Counted from the first letter of the stretch, positions 36,773-45,935 are shown. The stretch is DNA of 64,000 nt from Clostridiales bacterium (GCA_017617995.1 JAFZVE010000072.1:31997-95996), one strand, 5' to 3'. The notes: generated by a model not told the origin, from the sequence alone. Made by a program: numbers and translations.

Positions 36773-38686
36773 TCAGAACCCGATCGGCTTTTTCAGCGTC
36801 GTCTCCTCTTCTTCCTTTGCCATCTCCGGAAGAGAAAAATCTTCCGAAAGGAGATGTAAGCGCACCTCCTCGTCCGGAGCCTCCGGGGAATCTGCCTTCT
36901 TCGTCTTGGGATGCGATTCTTCGGGAACCGGTGTTTCTTGACAAGAGACATCTCCGTTTCCGTAGACCCGCATCGCGTAGTTCATGATCGCGTTCTCGAC
37001 GAGGTTTCTGCAGAAACGTCCGTTGCCGTTCTCACCATTACCGCACGCCTCTCTACAGAGCTCGATGATTCTTCCTTCGGCAGACTTACTGATTCTGAAA
37101 CCGCGCCCTTCAGCGGTCTTCTCCGTGATCGCCAGAAGCTCTTCTTCTGTGTAATCCGGGAAGGAGAGATGGAACGGAACTCTCGACCGAAGCCCCGGAT
37201 TTCTTCTCATAAATTCCGCCATCTTATCGGGGTATCCCGCGAAGATCACGATGGTATTCTCCCTGTTGTTCTCCATCTCCTGAACGATCGTGTTGATGGC
37301 CTCATCGCCGTAGGAATTAGTCCACCTGTCCAGAAGAGAATACGCCTCGTCGATGAAGAGTACTCTTCCTCTGGCACGCGAGAAAACCTCTTTCACTTTC
37401 ACGGCCGTATGTCCGGTATACTCACCGACCAGATCCGCACGGCCGACCTCGATGACCTCGGAGAACTTGAGGAGGCCTACCTCGTGAAAAAGTCTGCTCA
37501 TGATGCGTGCGACAGTGGTTTTCGCGGTGCCGGGATTACCGGTGAATTCCATGTTCATCACGATCGGAGAGGTAGAAAGATGCCGCGCCTGTATGTCCTT
37601 CTGCATACGTGCAAAGGCGATGATCTTTTTCGCCTGCATCTTGATCCCGGAAAGCCCGATCAGATTATCCAGTTCTTCCATCGCCGCCACCGGGGCAGGT
37701 TTGTCCGGCAGTGCCAGCACTCTGCACTTCGGGAGGACGCCCTTCTTGCGAAGTGAATCAAGTACCTTGTGAATCTCCCTGACACAACTCTGTGACATAT
37801 TTCGCATCTCCCAAAGGTCATCGTCACTCAGATTCACCAGTTCCGAAAGAGTCGAGACACCGGCTCTCTTCAGGACGTTATAGGCACGAACGGAGAGGTG
37901 GAGAGACTCGATCGGCATGCATGCCAGTTCCTCTTCTCTTTCCTCCTCCGTCTGCGGAATCACCATGCTCCGATAGAGCATCACGCCGATTTCTCTTCTG
38001 AGAAATGTGCTCGGGATCAGCGTGGCTTCCTTCTCTTCGCTGTTCATGTTTTTCAGCTCATCGAAATCCCTGATTCTGCCATGGCGAAAGAAGATCGAAA
38101 GGACACTTCTCAATCGAAGAGATATGGGCCTGGGCGTACTCACCATGAGCAGAAGTCCGGGGTTTTTGTCCTTGCAGGGAAATGCCGTGATGCGCAGGAT
38201 CGCCCGCTCCGCGGCAATCTCCCGATAGACTTCTTTCATACTCACATTGGGAAGAAGCGTTTCTTCATCGCTATAGGCGATCTCGATAAAATCGCATTCA
38301 TCCTGATCGAGTTCCTCCTGCGTCGTCGGGCGATCAAAGAAATACATGTACCGATCCTTCGAGAACTCCATCGCTACTTCATTCGCTTTCTCCAGAGGTT
38401 CAACTCCATTGGCCGGAAACGCCCATCGGACGGTATCGGGATGTACAGCAGTATCGTTACTGAAGACCTGAAGATCCGGGATACATCTGTCTCCCGGAGT
38501 CCACTGGAAACCTACGAATCTGTCCGGCTTCATCGCTTCGAGCAGAAAGAGGAAACGCTCATATGCGATCGTTCCGACGGAATCGTCCCGATCACGGAAT
38601 TTCTCTGCGTGAGCGTGATCGGTAATCGCGATGTTAGCCATCACCTTAATCAGTTCTTCTCTTACATTTGTGTTTTTTCTAGTCAT
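36773..38686 (-). CDS. SpoVK/CbbX-type AAA+ ATPase fused to RpoA-alphaCTD-like HhH domain and an unknown N-terminal domain
   Basis: ATG 38686 follows GTGAGG. Walker A GNPGTAKTT, Walker B VLFIDEAY and the CbbX-like tail are present. The central segment PIESLHLSVRAYNVLKRAGVSTLSELVNLSDDDLWEMRNM resembles the RNA polymerase alpha C-terminal domain. Confidence 0.8.
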   Translation of the reverse strand: MTRKNTNVREELIKVMANIAITDHAHAEKFRDRDDSVGTIAYERFLFLLEAMKPDRFVGFQWTPGDRCIPDLQVFSNDTAVHPDTVRWAFPANGVEPLEKANEVAMEFSKDRYMYFFDRPTTQEELDQDECDFIEIAYSDEETLLPNVSMKEVYREIAAERAILRITAFPCKDKNPGLLLMVSTPRPISLRLRSVLSIFFRHGRIRDFDELKNMNSEEKEATLIPSTFLRREIGVMLYRSMVIPQTEEEREEELACMPIESLHLSVRAYNVLKRAGVSTLSELVNLSDDDLWEMRNMSQSCVREIHKVLDSLRKKGVLPKCRVLALPDKPAPVAAMEELDNLIGLSGIKMQAKKIIAFARMQKDIQARHLSTSPIVMNMEFTGNPGTAKTTVARIMSRLFHEVGLLKFSEVIEVGRADLVGEYTGHTAVKVKEVFSRARGRVLFIDEAYSLLDRWTNSYGDEAINTIVQEMENNRENTIVIFAGYPDKMAEFMRRNPGLRSRVPFHLSFPDYTEEELLAITEKTAEGRGFRISKSAEGRIIELCREACGNGENGNGRFCRNLVENAIMNYAMRVYGNGDVSCQETPVPEESHPKTKKADSPEAPDEEVRLHLLSEDFSLPEMAKEEEETTLKKPIGF

Positions 38687-38880
38687 ACTGTGCCTCACTT
38701 TCACGGCGGGCTTTGCCGCCACTTAAAGACTTGTCGTTCATTCGCCGGGATGCCTCACGGGACTTTCCCCACGGATCGCTCGCTGCGGAGTTCGCAGGTC
38801 CTCGCAAACCGTTTTGTCGGGGCCGGCCGCCCCGTGAGTATCCGGGCCGATTGTCAAGGTACGGTTCGTCTCGGACACAG

Positions 38881-38974
38881 CAAAAATGCCGTGGAAACGA
38901 GATCTTTCGGTGTCATGAGCAGGGCACAAATCCCCCAGCCCAATGACTTTCGATAAACCTCGTTTCCACGGCAT
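38881..38974 (-). terminator. large stem-loop plus T-tract (terminator/attenuator) inside the leader of the AAA+ gene
   Basis: ATGCCGTGGAAACGAG (38886-38901) pairs perfectly with CTCGTTTCCACGGCAT (38959-38974). The minus strand continues TTTTTG. Confidence 0.5.
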
Positions 38975-39035
38975 GAAACCGCGAAACCAAAGTCACAATA
39001 TGAATACAAAACTAAATCATCCACCTATCGGATGT
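38881..39035 (-). ncRNA. candidate ~155-nt small RNA or attenuating 5' leader element
   Basis: It runs from the predicted promoter (39070-39042) to a 16-bp perfect stem (38974-38959 / 38901-38886) with a structured 57-nt loop, followed by a T-run on the minus strand. Confidence 0.3.
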
Positions 39036-39041
39036 GAGGTC

Positions 39042-39070
39042 ATTCTACTACGCTCTTTGCTTCCGCGCAA
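39042..39070 (-). promoter_or_regulatory. candidate promoter (TTGCGC-17-TAGAAT) driving the leader/sRNA upstream of the AAA+ gene
   Basis: The minus strand reads TTGCGC (39070-39065), a 17-nt spacer and TAGAAT (39047-39042). Confidence 0.35.
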
Positions 39071-39109
39071 GAGGGTAAACCAGAAGGCTAATGCCAACGC
39101 ATGCGCCTA

Positions 39110-39118
39110 TGTTATAAT
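39110..39118 (+). promoter_or_regulatory. extended -10 promoter element (TGTTATAAT) for the phosphatase-family gene
   Basis: TGnTATAAT lies 24 nt upstream of ATG 39142, followed by AAGGAG. Confidence 0.45.
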
Positions 39119-39141
39119 GAGCAAAAACAAGGAGCCCGCTT

Positions 39142-40323
39142 ATGCAGAAGATCCCGCCACTTCCCAACTATGACGAATGTCTCGTCAACCTTGCAAATTC
39201 CATGCTCGTGAATTTCGGCGCCAAGCCAAGTGCGAAAACACTGCCGTTGGCCGACCGTTATCTTTCGAAAAACTATAAGAACGTGGTGGTCCTTCTTCTC
39301 GATGCGATGGGAACATCGATCATCGAGAAACATCTTGCGCCGGACGGACTTTTCCGTTCGCACCTCGCCGGCAGTTACAGCTCGGTTTTCCCACCGACGA
39401 CTGTGGCCGCGACGACAGCGGTGATGACCGGAAACTACCCTTGTGAGACCGGATGGCTCGGCTGGGACTGCTACTTCCCGCAGCTTGGCAAAAATGTCAC
39501 GGTATATCAGAACGCCGATCAGCTCCTGGAAAAAGGTTCACCTTTTGCCCGCACGTCGGAGATAACACTCGACGAAGATGGCATTCCGGCACTCGAAGAG
39601 CCGCTACCTGCCGCAGACTATAATGTCGCTTTTACATACATCCCTTACGCGAGCCTCTATGACAAGATCAAGGAAGCCGGTGGCCAGGCGCACTTCGTCA
39701 CGCCTTTCGTACCACCCTTCCCGCAGACGCTCGACGAGATCTTCGCGCGCATCAAGGAGATCTGCACCTTCTCAGGGCGCAACTTCATCTACTCCTACTG
39801 GTCCGAGCCGGACCACACGATGCACCTGACCGGCACGAAGAGTGACGACACACACGCGGTCATCACCGAGCTCGAGAAGCGCGTCGCCGAACTGGTCGAC
39901 GATCTCTCCGACACGCTCGTTTTCGTCACGGCCGACCACGGACACATGGACAGTAAAAACCTCTGCATCCTCGATTATCCGGAGATCATGAAGTGCCTCG
40001 TCCGCATGCCCTCGATCGAGCCGCGTGCACTGAACCTGTTTGTCAAAGAAGAATATAGGGCCGAGTTCCCGGCGCTTTTCGAGAAGACTTTCGGCGACAA
40101 ATTCCAGGTGATTCCGAAAGAAGAAGTCATCGAGCGGAAACTCTTCGGCCCCGGCACAGAGCACCCGCTCTTCCGCGACATGCTCGGGGATTTCCTCGCC
40201 ATCTCGATCGCGGAGGTTTCGCTCTTTAACACGCATAAGGAAGCTGCGCTCATGCCCGGCGGCCACGCAGGACTCACGAAAGAAGAACTCGAGATCCCAT
40301 TGATCGTGATTGAGAAAAGCTGA
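39142..40323 (+). CDS. alkaline phosphatase family protein (type I phosphodiesterase/nucleotide pyrophosphatase-like)
   Basis: VVVLLLDAMG and VTADHGHMD metal-ligand motifs, with RBS AAGGAG. Confidence 0.8.
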   Translation: MQKIPPLPNYDECLVNLANSMLVNFGAKPSAKTLPLADRYLSKNYKNVVVLLLDAMGTSIIEKHLAPDGLFRSHLAGSYSSVFPPTTVAATTAVMTGNYPCETGWLGWDCYFPQLGKNVTVYQNADQLLEKGSPFARTSEITLDEDGIPALEEPLPAADYNVAFTYIPYASLYDKIKEAGGQAHFVTPFVPPFPQTLDEIFARIKEICTFSGRNFIYSYWSEPDHTMHLTGTKSDDTHAVITELEKRVAELVDDLSDTLVFVTADHGHMDSKNLCILDYPEIMKCLVRMPSIEPRALNLFVKEEYRAEFPALFEKTFGDKFQVIPKEEVIERKLFGPGTEHPLFRDMLGDFLAISIAEVSLFNTHKEAALMPGGHAGLTKEELEIPLIVIEKS

Positions 40324-40369
40324 GTTGTTCCAGTGAAGAATGCAGGTCTGGTTGATGCCGTCCTGTCTT

Positions 40370-40596
40370 CAGTCTGATTTCTGTCTAATTTCACCCCTTT
40401 GATTAGACAGATATCAGACCAGAAATCGCTTCAGTCAGATAAATGCCCTTTCTTTCGCTGATCATCTGACTGGAAAAGCACTTCAGTCTGATTTTCCGTC
40501 AGATAGGGCACAAAATCAGACAAATCATCAGAATAATAAACACACAGTCTGATATTTGTCAGATGGCACCCCTTTCATCAGACAGATATCAGACTG
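40370..40596. repeat. hairpin-repeat cluster B1 (CAGTCTGAT / ATCAGACTG family, four hairpins)
   Basis: Left arms start at 40370, 40432, 40484 and 40545. The outer hairpins are ~52 bp (20-bp arms, 12-nt loop containing CACCCCTTT). Confidence 0.9.
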
Positions 40597-40620
40597 GCTT
40601 CATATTCAAACAAAATCAAG

Positions 40621-40854
40621 TTAATAAATCGTCCGGATCTTCCCCGGCTCCACGCCGACTTCCTCACAGAAAAGCGCGATCTCCGCGGGCGACGTGACCT
40701 TCCTCACATCGTGGTACTTCCCCGTCGCGCGGTCCACAAATCCCACCGTCGTCTCGCCCGTGCAGATGCTCTTGTGCACGACCGGTTCTTCCTTCTCCGG
40801 GTCCCACTTTAGCGCCTCTTTCGCGGCGTCTTTCTTACCGAATAATCCGAACAT
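40621..40854 (-). CDS. small conserved hypothetical protein (77 aa)
   Basis: Trimmed to ATG 40854 (MFGLFGKKDAAKE...SICTGETTVGFVD...). It resembles a small protein family common in Clostridia, with no assigned function. Confidence 0.55.
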   Translation of the reverse strand: MFGLFGKKDAAKEALKWDPEKEEPVVHKSICTGETTVGFVDRATGKYHDVRKVTSPAEIALFCEEVGVEPGKIRTIY

Positions 40855-40928
40855 CGCGCACCTTCCTTTCCCTGCAACTATCGCAGCCGCTTCCTTGCTT
40901 TCCTCGCGAAATGCACTTTCCCCAGGGA

Positions 40929-41468
40929 TTACATCTTCTCGCACAGCGCGAGTATCTCCTCCCGATGCGCGGCGACGTCCTCCTTATACTCCACCGAAAC
41001 CATACCGAGATTTCCCGCGCACTCGATCTCGAGGTGCCCGTAGAAATGCTCGATGCTGCCGATGAGCCGCTCACACTCTTTCATGTTCGGACCCGTCCGC
41101 AGCGCGACCGCAAAACCACGTTTGCTGGAAGAGAGTTTCGCATGCGGCTCATGCGTATTGCACCACGGCGTCACGCGGTCGATGAAGGCCTTAAACTGAC
41201 CCGGAATATCCGCCCAGTACGACGGCGCCACACAGACGATCACGTCAGCATTTTCGAACTCTTCCATCAGAAGATCGACATCGTCGTGCTGCACACATTT
41301 TGCCGTCTTATGACAGCTCCGGCACCCCAGACAGAAACTGAATTTGTAGTCATCGATACAGACGCTCTTGGTTTCATATCGACTCCCGAGTTCCCCCGCG
41401 ATGATCCCGACGATCTCCGCCGTCGCTCCGTTTCTCACCGGACTGCAATTAATCACCAAAGCCTTCAT
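40929..41468 (-). CDS. flavodoxin-family / iron-sulfur flavoprotein-like protein
   Basis: ATG 41468 follows GGGAGG. MKALVINCSPVRNG and the Cys cluster CLGCRSCHKTAKC are present. Confidence 0.75.
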   Translation of the reverse strand: MKALVINCSPVRNGATAEIVGIIAGELGSRYETKSVCIDDYKFSFCLGCRSCHKTAKCVQHDDVDLLMEEFENADVIVCVAPSYWADIPGQFKAFIDRVTPWCNTHEPHAKLSSSKRGFAVALRTGPNMKECERLIGSIEHFYGHLEIECAGNLGMVSVEYKEDVAAHREEILALCEKM

Positions 41469-41508
41469 CCAAAATCCTCCCAAGTATGTGTTTCTATATT
41501 TTCCGATC

Positions 41509-44500
41509 TCATCGGATGTCTTTTCCGCACTGATTACAGAATATCGAGTCGACCGGGATCTTTGATCCGCAATACCTGCAGAAAAGCACTGTTCTCGCGG
41601 GTTCCTGCGCGGCCTGTACCGGCTGCGTTTCCTGCGTTGGCTGTACGGCCTGCACTGGCTGCACTTGCTGTACCGGCTGCGCTTCCTGGACTGCCGGCTG
41701 AACCTGCGGCACGACGACCTGAGGCTCTGCCTCCACGACCTGCGGCGCAGCTTGTACCGTTTCTTCTATTGTCTGCTGCGGCACCGCTTGAGGCGCCGCT
41801 TCCATAGCTGTGACCTGCTCAACTGCTGCGGCCGGAGCCGCAACAGGAGTCGTAACCACCGAAGTTTCCGGCACTGCCTGAGCCTGCACTGGAGCCGCAT
41901 TCATCTGCGCCTCGCGCTTAGCGAGAATTCTCGCCTTCTCATCTGCGAATATCTTATTGAGGCTCGCCTGATCAAGTTCCGCTCGTTCGGAAGCCGAAGT
42001 GGAAGATGGCGCCCCACCAGCGGCCTGCCCTGCACCTGCCGTCGCACCCGAGGCTACCGCGCCATCCGCACCAGCCACAGATCCTTCTCCACCAGCAGCA
42101 ACAGCGGCCGCGGCCCCTGCAATACCTGCCGCAGCAGTCTCACCGACGATGACGCCCTGGTTTACATCGACACCGCTCTTCTCGAGATCCGCGTCGCGCT
42201 CAGCCGCACTCGACTCATCCGCAAATGTATCAAACTCCGCCTGCTTGGCTTCGACCAGCTCGAGCATCCTCTCATCGACCGTATCCGGGCAGAGAAGCCG
42301 GTGCACCATAACATCGCGCGTCTGCCCCATTCGGTGCGCACGCCCGATCGCCTGGTTCTCCGTCGACGGCTTGTACTGCGGCTCACAGAGCACGACCACG
42401 CTGGCCGACTGGATATTAAGGCCCGTACCTCCCGACTGGATCTGCGCCGCGAGGACCGATCCCGCCGGTGCCGCTTCAAATGCATCGACGATGTTTTGTC
42501 TTTCTTCTACCGGCACGGCGCCGTTGATCACGCCGATGCAGCGCTCACCGAAGACCGTCTTCACCTTCTCAAGGGTATCGAGGAAGAACGAGAACACCAG
42601 TACTTTTCGCGCATCCTCGGCCGCATCCTCCACGATCTCGCGAAGACGCGTCACCTTCGCCGACGTATTGAGGTAGTCCTCATTACGCCACGAGACGCGA
42701 CGGACGTCCATGAACGACCCCGAAAGCACGTCGTTCTCGTAGGCCTGCTCATCCTGCTGCGTCATGTCACACCACTCCTTGATGTCGGTCAGTTCCGGCA
42801 ACTCGGAGAGCACATCGTTCCTGCGGCGGCGGTAATAAACTGGCGAGATCTTCCGCTTGAAATCATCCGCATACGCGGTCACGCTCACGGACTTAGCCGA
42901 CTCGGCGACCTCGTGCTGCAGGTGCCCCATCAGACCGACCATCTCGTCGACGCGATTCTCGAGCGGAGTACCGGTCATGAAGAGGATGCGGTCGGTGTGA
43001 TCGCACAGTTTCAGCACATTCTGGCTGCGCTTGGCCGCGATATTCTTGATGTAGTGCGCTTCATCGACGATGACCATGTCAATGTCGAAATCGTCGTCCA
43101 CGCGGAAACGGTTCTCGAGGCTTTCGAAGTTCGTGACTGCGACGCCGCCGTCCTTTTCCCATGCTTGAAATGCACTTTCCCTATTGGCGTCGTGCATGTT
43201 GTAAGATTTGAGATCACTTTTCGCCTCGACCTCACGGCACCAGTTGACGATAACGCTCGCGGGGCAGATAACGAGGAAGCGCTTCGGCCCCACTTCTTCT
43301 TTTTCTTCGGGTTGCTGCGTAGCAGGCGCTTCGGCAACAGGCATTTCTGCCGTCGGCGGCTGAACAGATGCTTCAGGTGTCGAAGGTTGCTGCGCGACCG
43401 CTACGGGAGCCATAGGCTGCACTGTTTCCTGAACCTGCGCCGCGACCTGTTGAATCGGGTTCATCGGCTCCGGCTTCTCGGACGGGACCCCGTTTCGCAG
43501 TGAGACCATCGCAGCAAGTGCCTGGATCGTTTTTCCAAGACCCATCTCATCACCGAGAAGCACACGCTTCTGGCGGAGGATATACTTCACGCCCCAGATC
43601 TGGTAACCACGGAGCGTACACTTCAGGCCCGTCAGATCAACCGGTGTGTTTTCGACACTTTCACGGATCTCGTCGCTCAGGCCGTAGCCGTCTTCGGAGC
43701 TGTCGAAACGGTCCGGAGCGATGCCTTCGAGGATACTATAGTACTCGACCGGACGCTTGGCGAAGTCTGCCCAGGCATCCGCGATCGTGATCGGAGCAAG
43801 TCCGAGGACTGCCTTCGCAGAGGGCATCGCGCCAGCTGCCCCGGATGCCGCCGCTCCTGTACCGGCAGCACCGGCTCCTGAAGATGCCGAACTGCCGATC
43901 CCCTCGACTCGTCCACCGACGAGGCCGGTGCCGTTGATCTGCATCAGAAGCCCGCTCGCATCGATCGCATCGGCAGAAGCTTTCAGGCGGGTATAGGCAT
44001 CGTTCGCAGCATCTTTCTTCGCGCCGCCGGTGAAAAACCACTTCACCCCGTTCTTCGCACAATCGAGCTTATCCAGTTCATTTTCCGCATCAGAAGGAAT
44101 CATCGCGAGGACCTGCTCACACTTCGGCAGGATCTCCTTCGCACGCATATGTTCATTGACCGCCGCGACCAGACGCGAATACTCCTCGGTCTTATGGTCA
44201 GTGCTGATCTTGAGTTTAACACTGTTACAAACCTCGGTGGCAACGGCATTTGAGATCTCTTTGGCGCGGGCGGCCATCTGATCGCCGATGCCGTAGATAT
44301 GCGCCAGCGTATCCGTACTCGCACCGCAGATCGCCTGCATATCTCCATAGCCCGCATCCTTCAGAAGCTGGATGCGGATACCCGCTTTTCGCGCATTGAG
44401 TTCATCCACGGGGATGGTCTTGAGCTTACGCCAGCCCTCCGGCTTCGACACCGCATCGATGGCCGACTCGATATCCGCCACCGACTCCGACATCAGGCGC

Positions 44501-44586
44501 ACACCGGCATTACCGATGTCCCGCGCACGCAGAAGGCGCTGTTTCAGTGCTTTTATATCGGAATTACGACAAACACGCTCTTTCAT
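41509..44586 (-). CDS. SNF2-family helicase with N-terminal HhH region, low-complexity inserts and C-terminal zinc ribbon
   Basis: LRGYQIWGVKYIL...LGDEMGLGKTIQ (motif I), DEAHYIKN (II) and the helicase-C motifs QSGGTGLNIQ and AIGRAHRMGQ are all present. The C-terminus is FCRYCGSKIPVDSIFCNQCGKDIR. Confidence 0.9.
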   Translation of the reverse strand: MKERVCRNSDIKALKQRLLRARDIGNAGVRLMSESVADIESAIDAVSKPEGWRKLKTIPVDELNARKAGIRIQLLKDAGYGDMQAICGASTDTLAHIYGIGDQMAARAKEISNAVATEVCNSVKLKISTDHKTEEYSRLVAAVNEHMRAKEILPKCEQVLAMIPSDAENELDKLDCAKNGVKWFFTGGAKKDAANDAYTRLKASADAIDASGLLMQINGTGLVGGRVEGIGSSASSGAGAAGTGAAASGAAGAMPSAKAVLGLAPITIADAWADFAKRPVEYYSILEGIAPDRFDSSEDGYGLSDEIRESVENTPVDLTGLKCTLRGYQIWGVKYILRQKRVLLGDEMGLGKTIQALAAMVSLRNGVPSEKPEPMNPIQQVAAQVQETVQPMAPVAVAQQPSTPEASVQPPTAEMPVAEAPATQQPEEKEEVGPKRFLVICPASVIVNWCREVEAKSDLKSYNMHDANRESAFQAWEKDGGVAVTNFESLENRFRVDDDFDIDMVIVDEAHYIKNIAAKRSQNVLKLCDHTDRILFMTGTPLENRVDEMVGLMGHLQHEVAESAKSVSVTAYADDFKRKISPVYYRRRRNDVLSELPELTDIKEWCDMTQQDEQAYENDVLSGSFMDVRRVSWRNEDYLNTSAKVTRLREIVEDAAEDARKVLVFSFFLDTLEKVKTVFGERCIGVINGAVPVEERQNIVDAFEAAPAGSVLAAQIQSGGTGLNIQSASVVVLCEPQYKPSTENQAIGRAHRMGQTRDVMVHRLLCPDTVDERMLELVEAKQAEFDTFADESSAAERDADLEKSGVDVNQGVIVGETAAAGIAGAAAAVAAGGEGSVAGADGAVASGATAGAGQAAGGAPSSTSASERAELDQASLNKIFADEKARILAKREAQMNAAPVQAQAVPETSVVTTPVAAPAAAVEQVTAMEAAPQAVPQQTIEETVQAAPQVVEAEPQVVVPQVQPAVQEAQPVQQVQPVQAVQPTQETQPVQAAQEPARTVLFCRYCGSKIPVDSIFCNQCGKDIR

Positions 44587-44692
44587 ATCCCCTCCGAATT
44601 CTCATCCCCCGCAAGCGTGGGATGCTGATATAATCACTTATCCGGCTGATGCAACCACGGGAATTCTTATCTGATTGCAGCCATCAAGCCCG

Positions 44693-45868
44693 TCAGCCCA
44701 GATAACTGTACTCCGCCATCGACGAATCCAGCACGCCATCCGGGAAATTCTCTCTCAATATCTCGATATACGTATCCATAGAAACAAAGTTGAGTGTGTC
44801 AAACTTGTCGATGATCTGGTGTACTTCGGCACTGACGTCCGGATCGTCGGTCCGGCCGAGGAGGTATGTGTATGTAGTCGCGGTATAGATCGGCTCGAGG
44901 TCGACGATATTCATACGCGCCACGACGATATTCCCCTGCTCATCCGGATGGGAATCGGTATAGTCAGTAAGCTCCTGAAGTTCCTCTTCGAGCGTAGCAT
45001 ACGCGTCGTTGCAGAATGCCTGCTTGGCGACGAGCGAGTATTTGCCGTTCGCATCGATGAGACCTCTGTCCTGAAGCGTCATGTTAAAACCCTCGGAACC
45101 ATCAGTCTCGACAAGGCCCGTGCGGAAGATGGAAACGTCGTTTCGGGACCAGGCATCGAATACGGCCGTGAGATAAAGCTCGCCGTCGATGCACTTGATG
45201 ATCATCTCCATTCTGAAATCGCCTAGTCCCATGATCTCGCAGACGAGCTCCGGATCACCGTCGAGCCCCGCATCGATAAAGGCATAGGAAACATAGGGGT
45301 TGATGTCATCACGCTGCGAATCGAGGTGCATGTGGACAAAGTGGACGACCTCGTCGAGTGAGAGTTTCTCTGTCGGGACCTCCGCACCCGGGATCGCAAG
45401 CATGTAAGAGTAATCTTTATATTCGCCGAAAAAACTCGCGTCGACCTTCTCGTTTCCTAGGAGGAATTGTTCGTAAAGATCGCGGGAGATCTTGCCCTGC
45501 GAGGAATCGCGGCAAGGCGCGCCCGGAAGGTTCGGATCGTTCGGACCCGGATCGATGCCGTTACTGCCGGATGTCCCGGAAGTGTCATCCGTATCGGATG
45601 TATCTGTGGGCACGAGATCCGTATTGCTCGAAGAGTCAGAGGTGTCGGAAGGATCGGTATCGGACGGCGCCGTGGTCATGTCCGGATCTTCATCAGAGGT
45701 AGACTCGCCCGGATCTTCCGTAGGCGGATCGATCTCCTCTTCCGTAGTCGTTTTCTTTGCAGGTTTCTTCGTGGGTTTCTTCGTGGTTTCCTTGCTCGTG
45801 CATCCGGCCATTCCCGCCAGGATACTAAGCGACAGTGCCACCGCCAGGATGCGGATCTTCTTACTCAT
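44693..45868 (-). CDS. secreted lipoprotein, D/T/S-rich linker, unknown domain
   Basis: MSKKIRILAVALSLSILAGMAGC is a lipobox. The domain contains IDAGLDGDPELVCEI, reminiscent of the ..D.PEL.ISD.. motif in the two proteins at 21.6-26 kb. Confidence 0.7.
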   Translation of the reverse strand: MSKKIRILAVALSLSILAGMAGCTSKETTKKPTKKPAKKTTTEEEIDPPTEDPGESTSDEDPDMTTAPSDTDPSDTSDSSSNTDLVPTDTSDTDDTSGTSGSNGIDPGPNDPNLPGAPCRDSSQGKISRDLYEQFLLGNEKVDASFFGEYKDYSYMLAIPGAEVPTEKLSLDEVVHFVHMHLDSQRDDINPYVSYAFIDAGLDGDPELVCEIMGLGDFRMEMIIKCIDGELYLTAVFDAWSRNDVSIFRTGLVETDGSEGFNMTLQDRGLIDANGKYSLVAKQAFCNDAYATLEEELQELTDYTDSHPDEQGNIVVARMNIVDLEPIYTATTYTYLLGRTDDPDVSAEVHQIIDKFDTLNFVSMDTYIEILRENFPDGVLDSSMAEYSYLG

Positions 45869-45935
45869 CAGTAATTCCCAACTTTCTTTGACTAATTACA
45901 GAAAGTATATCACAAATAAGAGAAGGCGCGTGAGG

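Noticed and set aside
38687-38800. RNase P RNA, suggested by the minus-strand GGGGAAAGTCCCGTGAGG, which resembles the GAGGAAAGUCC P4 strand
   Set aside because: The match lies only ~80 nt upstream of the AAA+ start codon. A ~350-400-nt RNase P RNA would therefore have to run through the coding sequence. The other universally conserved RNase P segments were not seen. I also saw no tmRNA features.
41665-43503. 612-aa plus-strand ORF. Similar long antisense ORFs occur at 49927..51141, 31522..32745, 52958..54037, 56276..57064, 37898..38956 and 28767..29789.
   Set aside because: All lie opposite genes with strong family motifs (SNF2, SPFH, kinase, AAA+, CPBP). They have Arg-rich low-complexity translations and no RBS. 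They are shadow ORFs.
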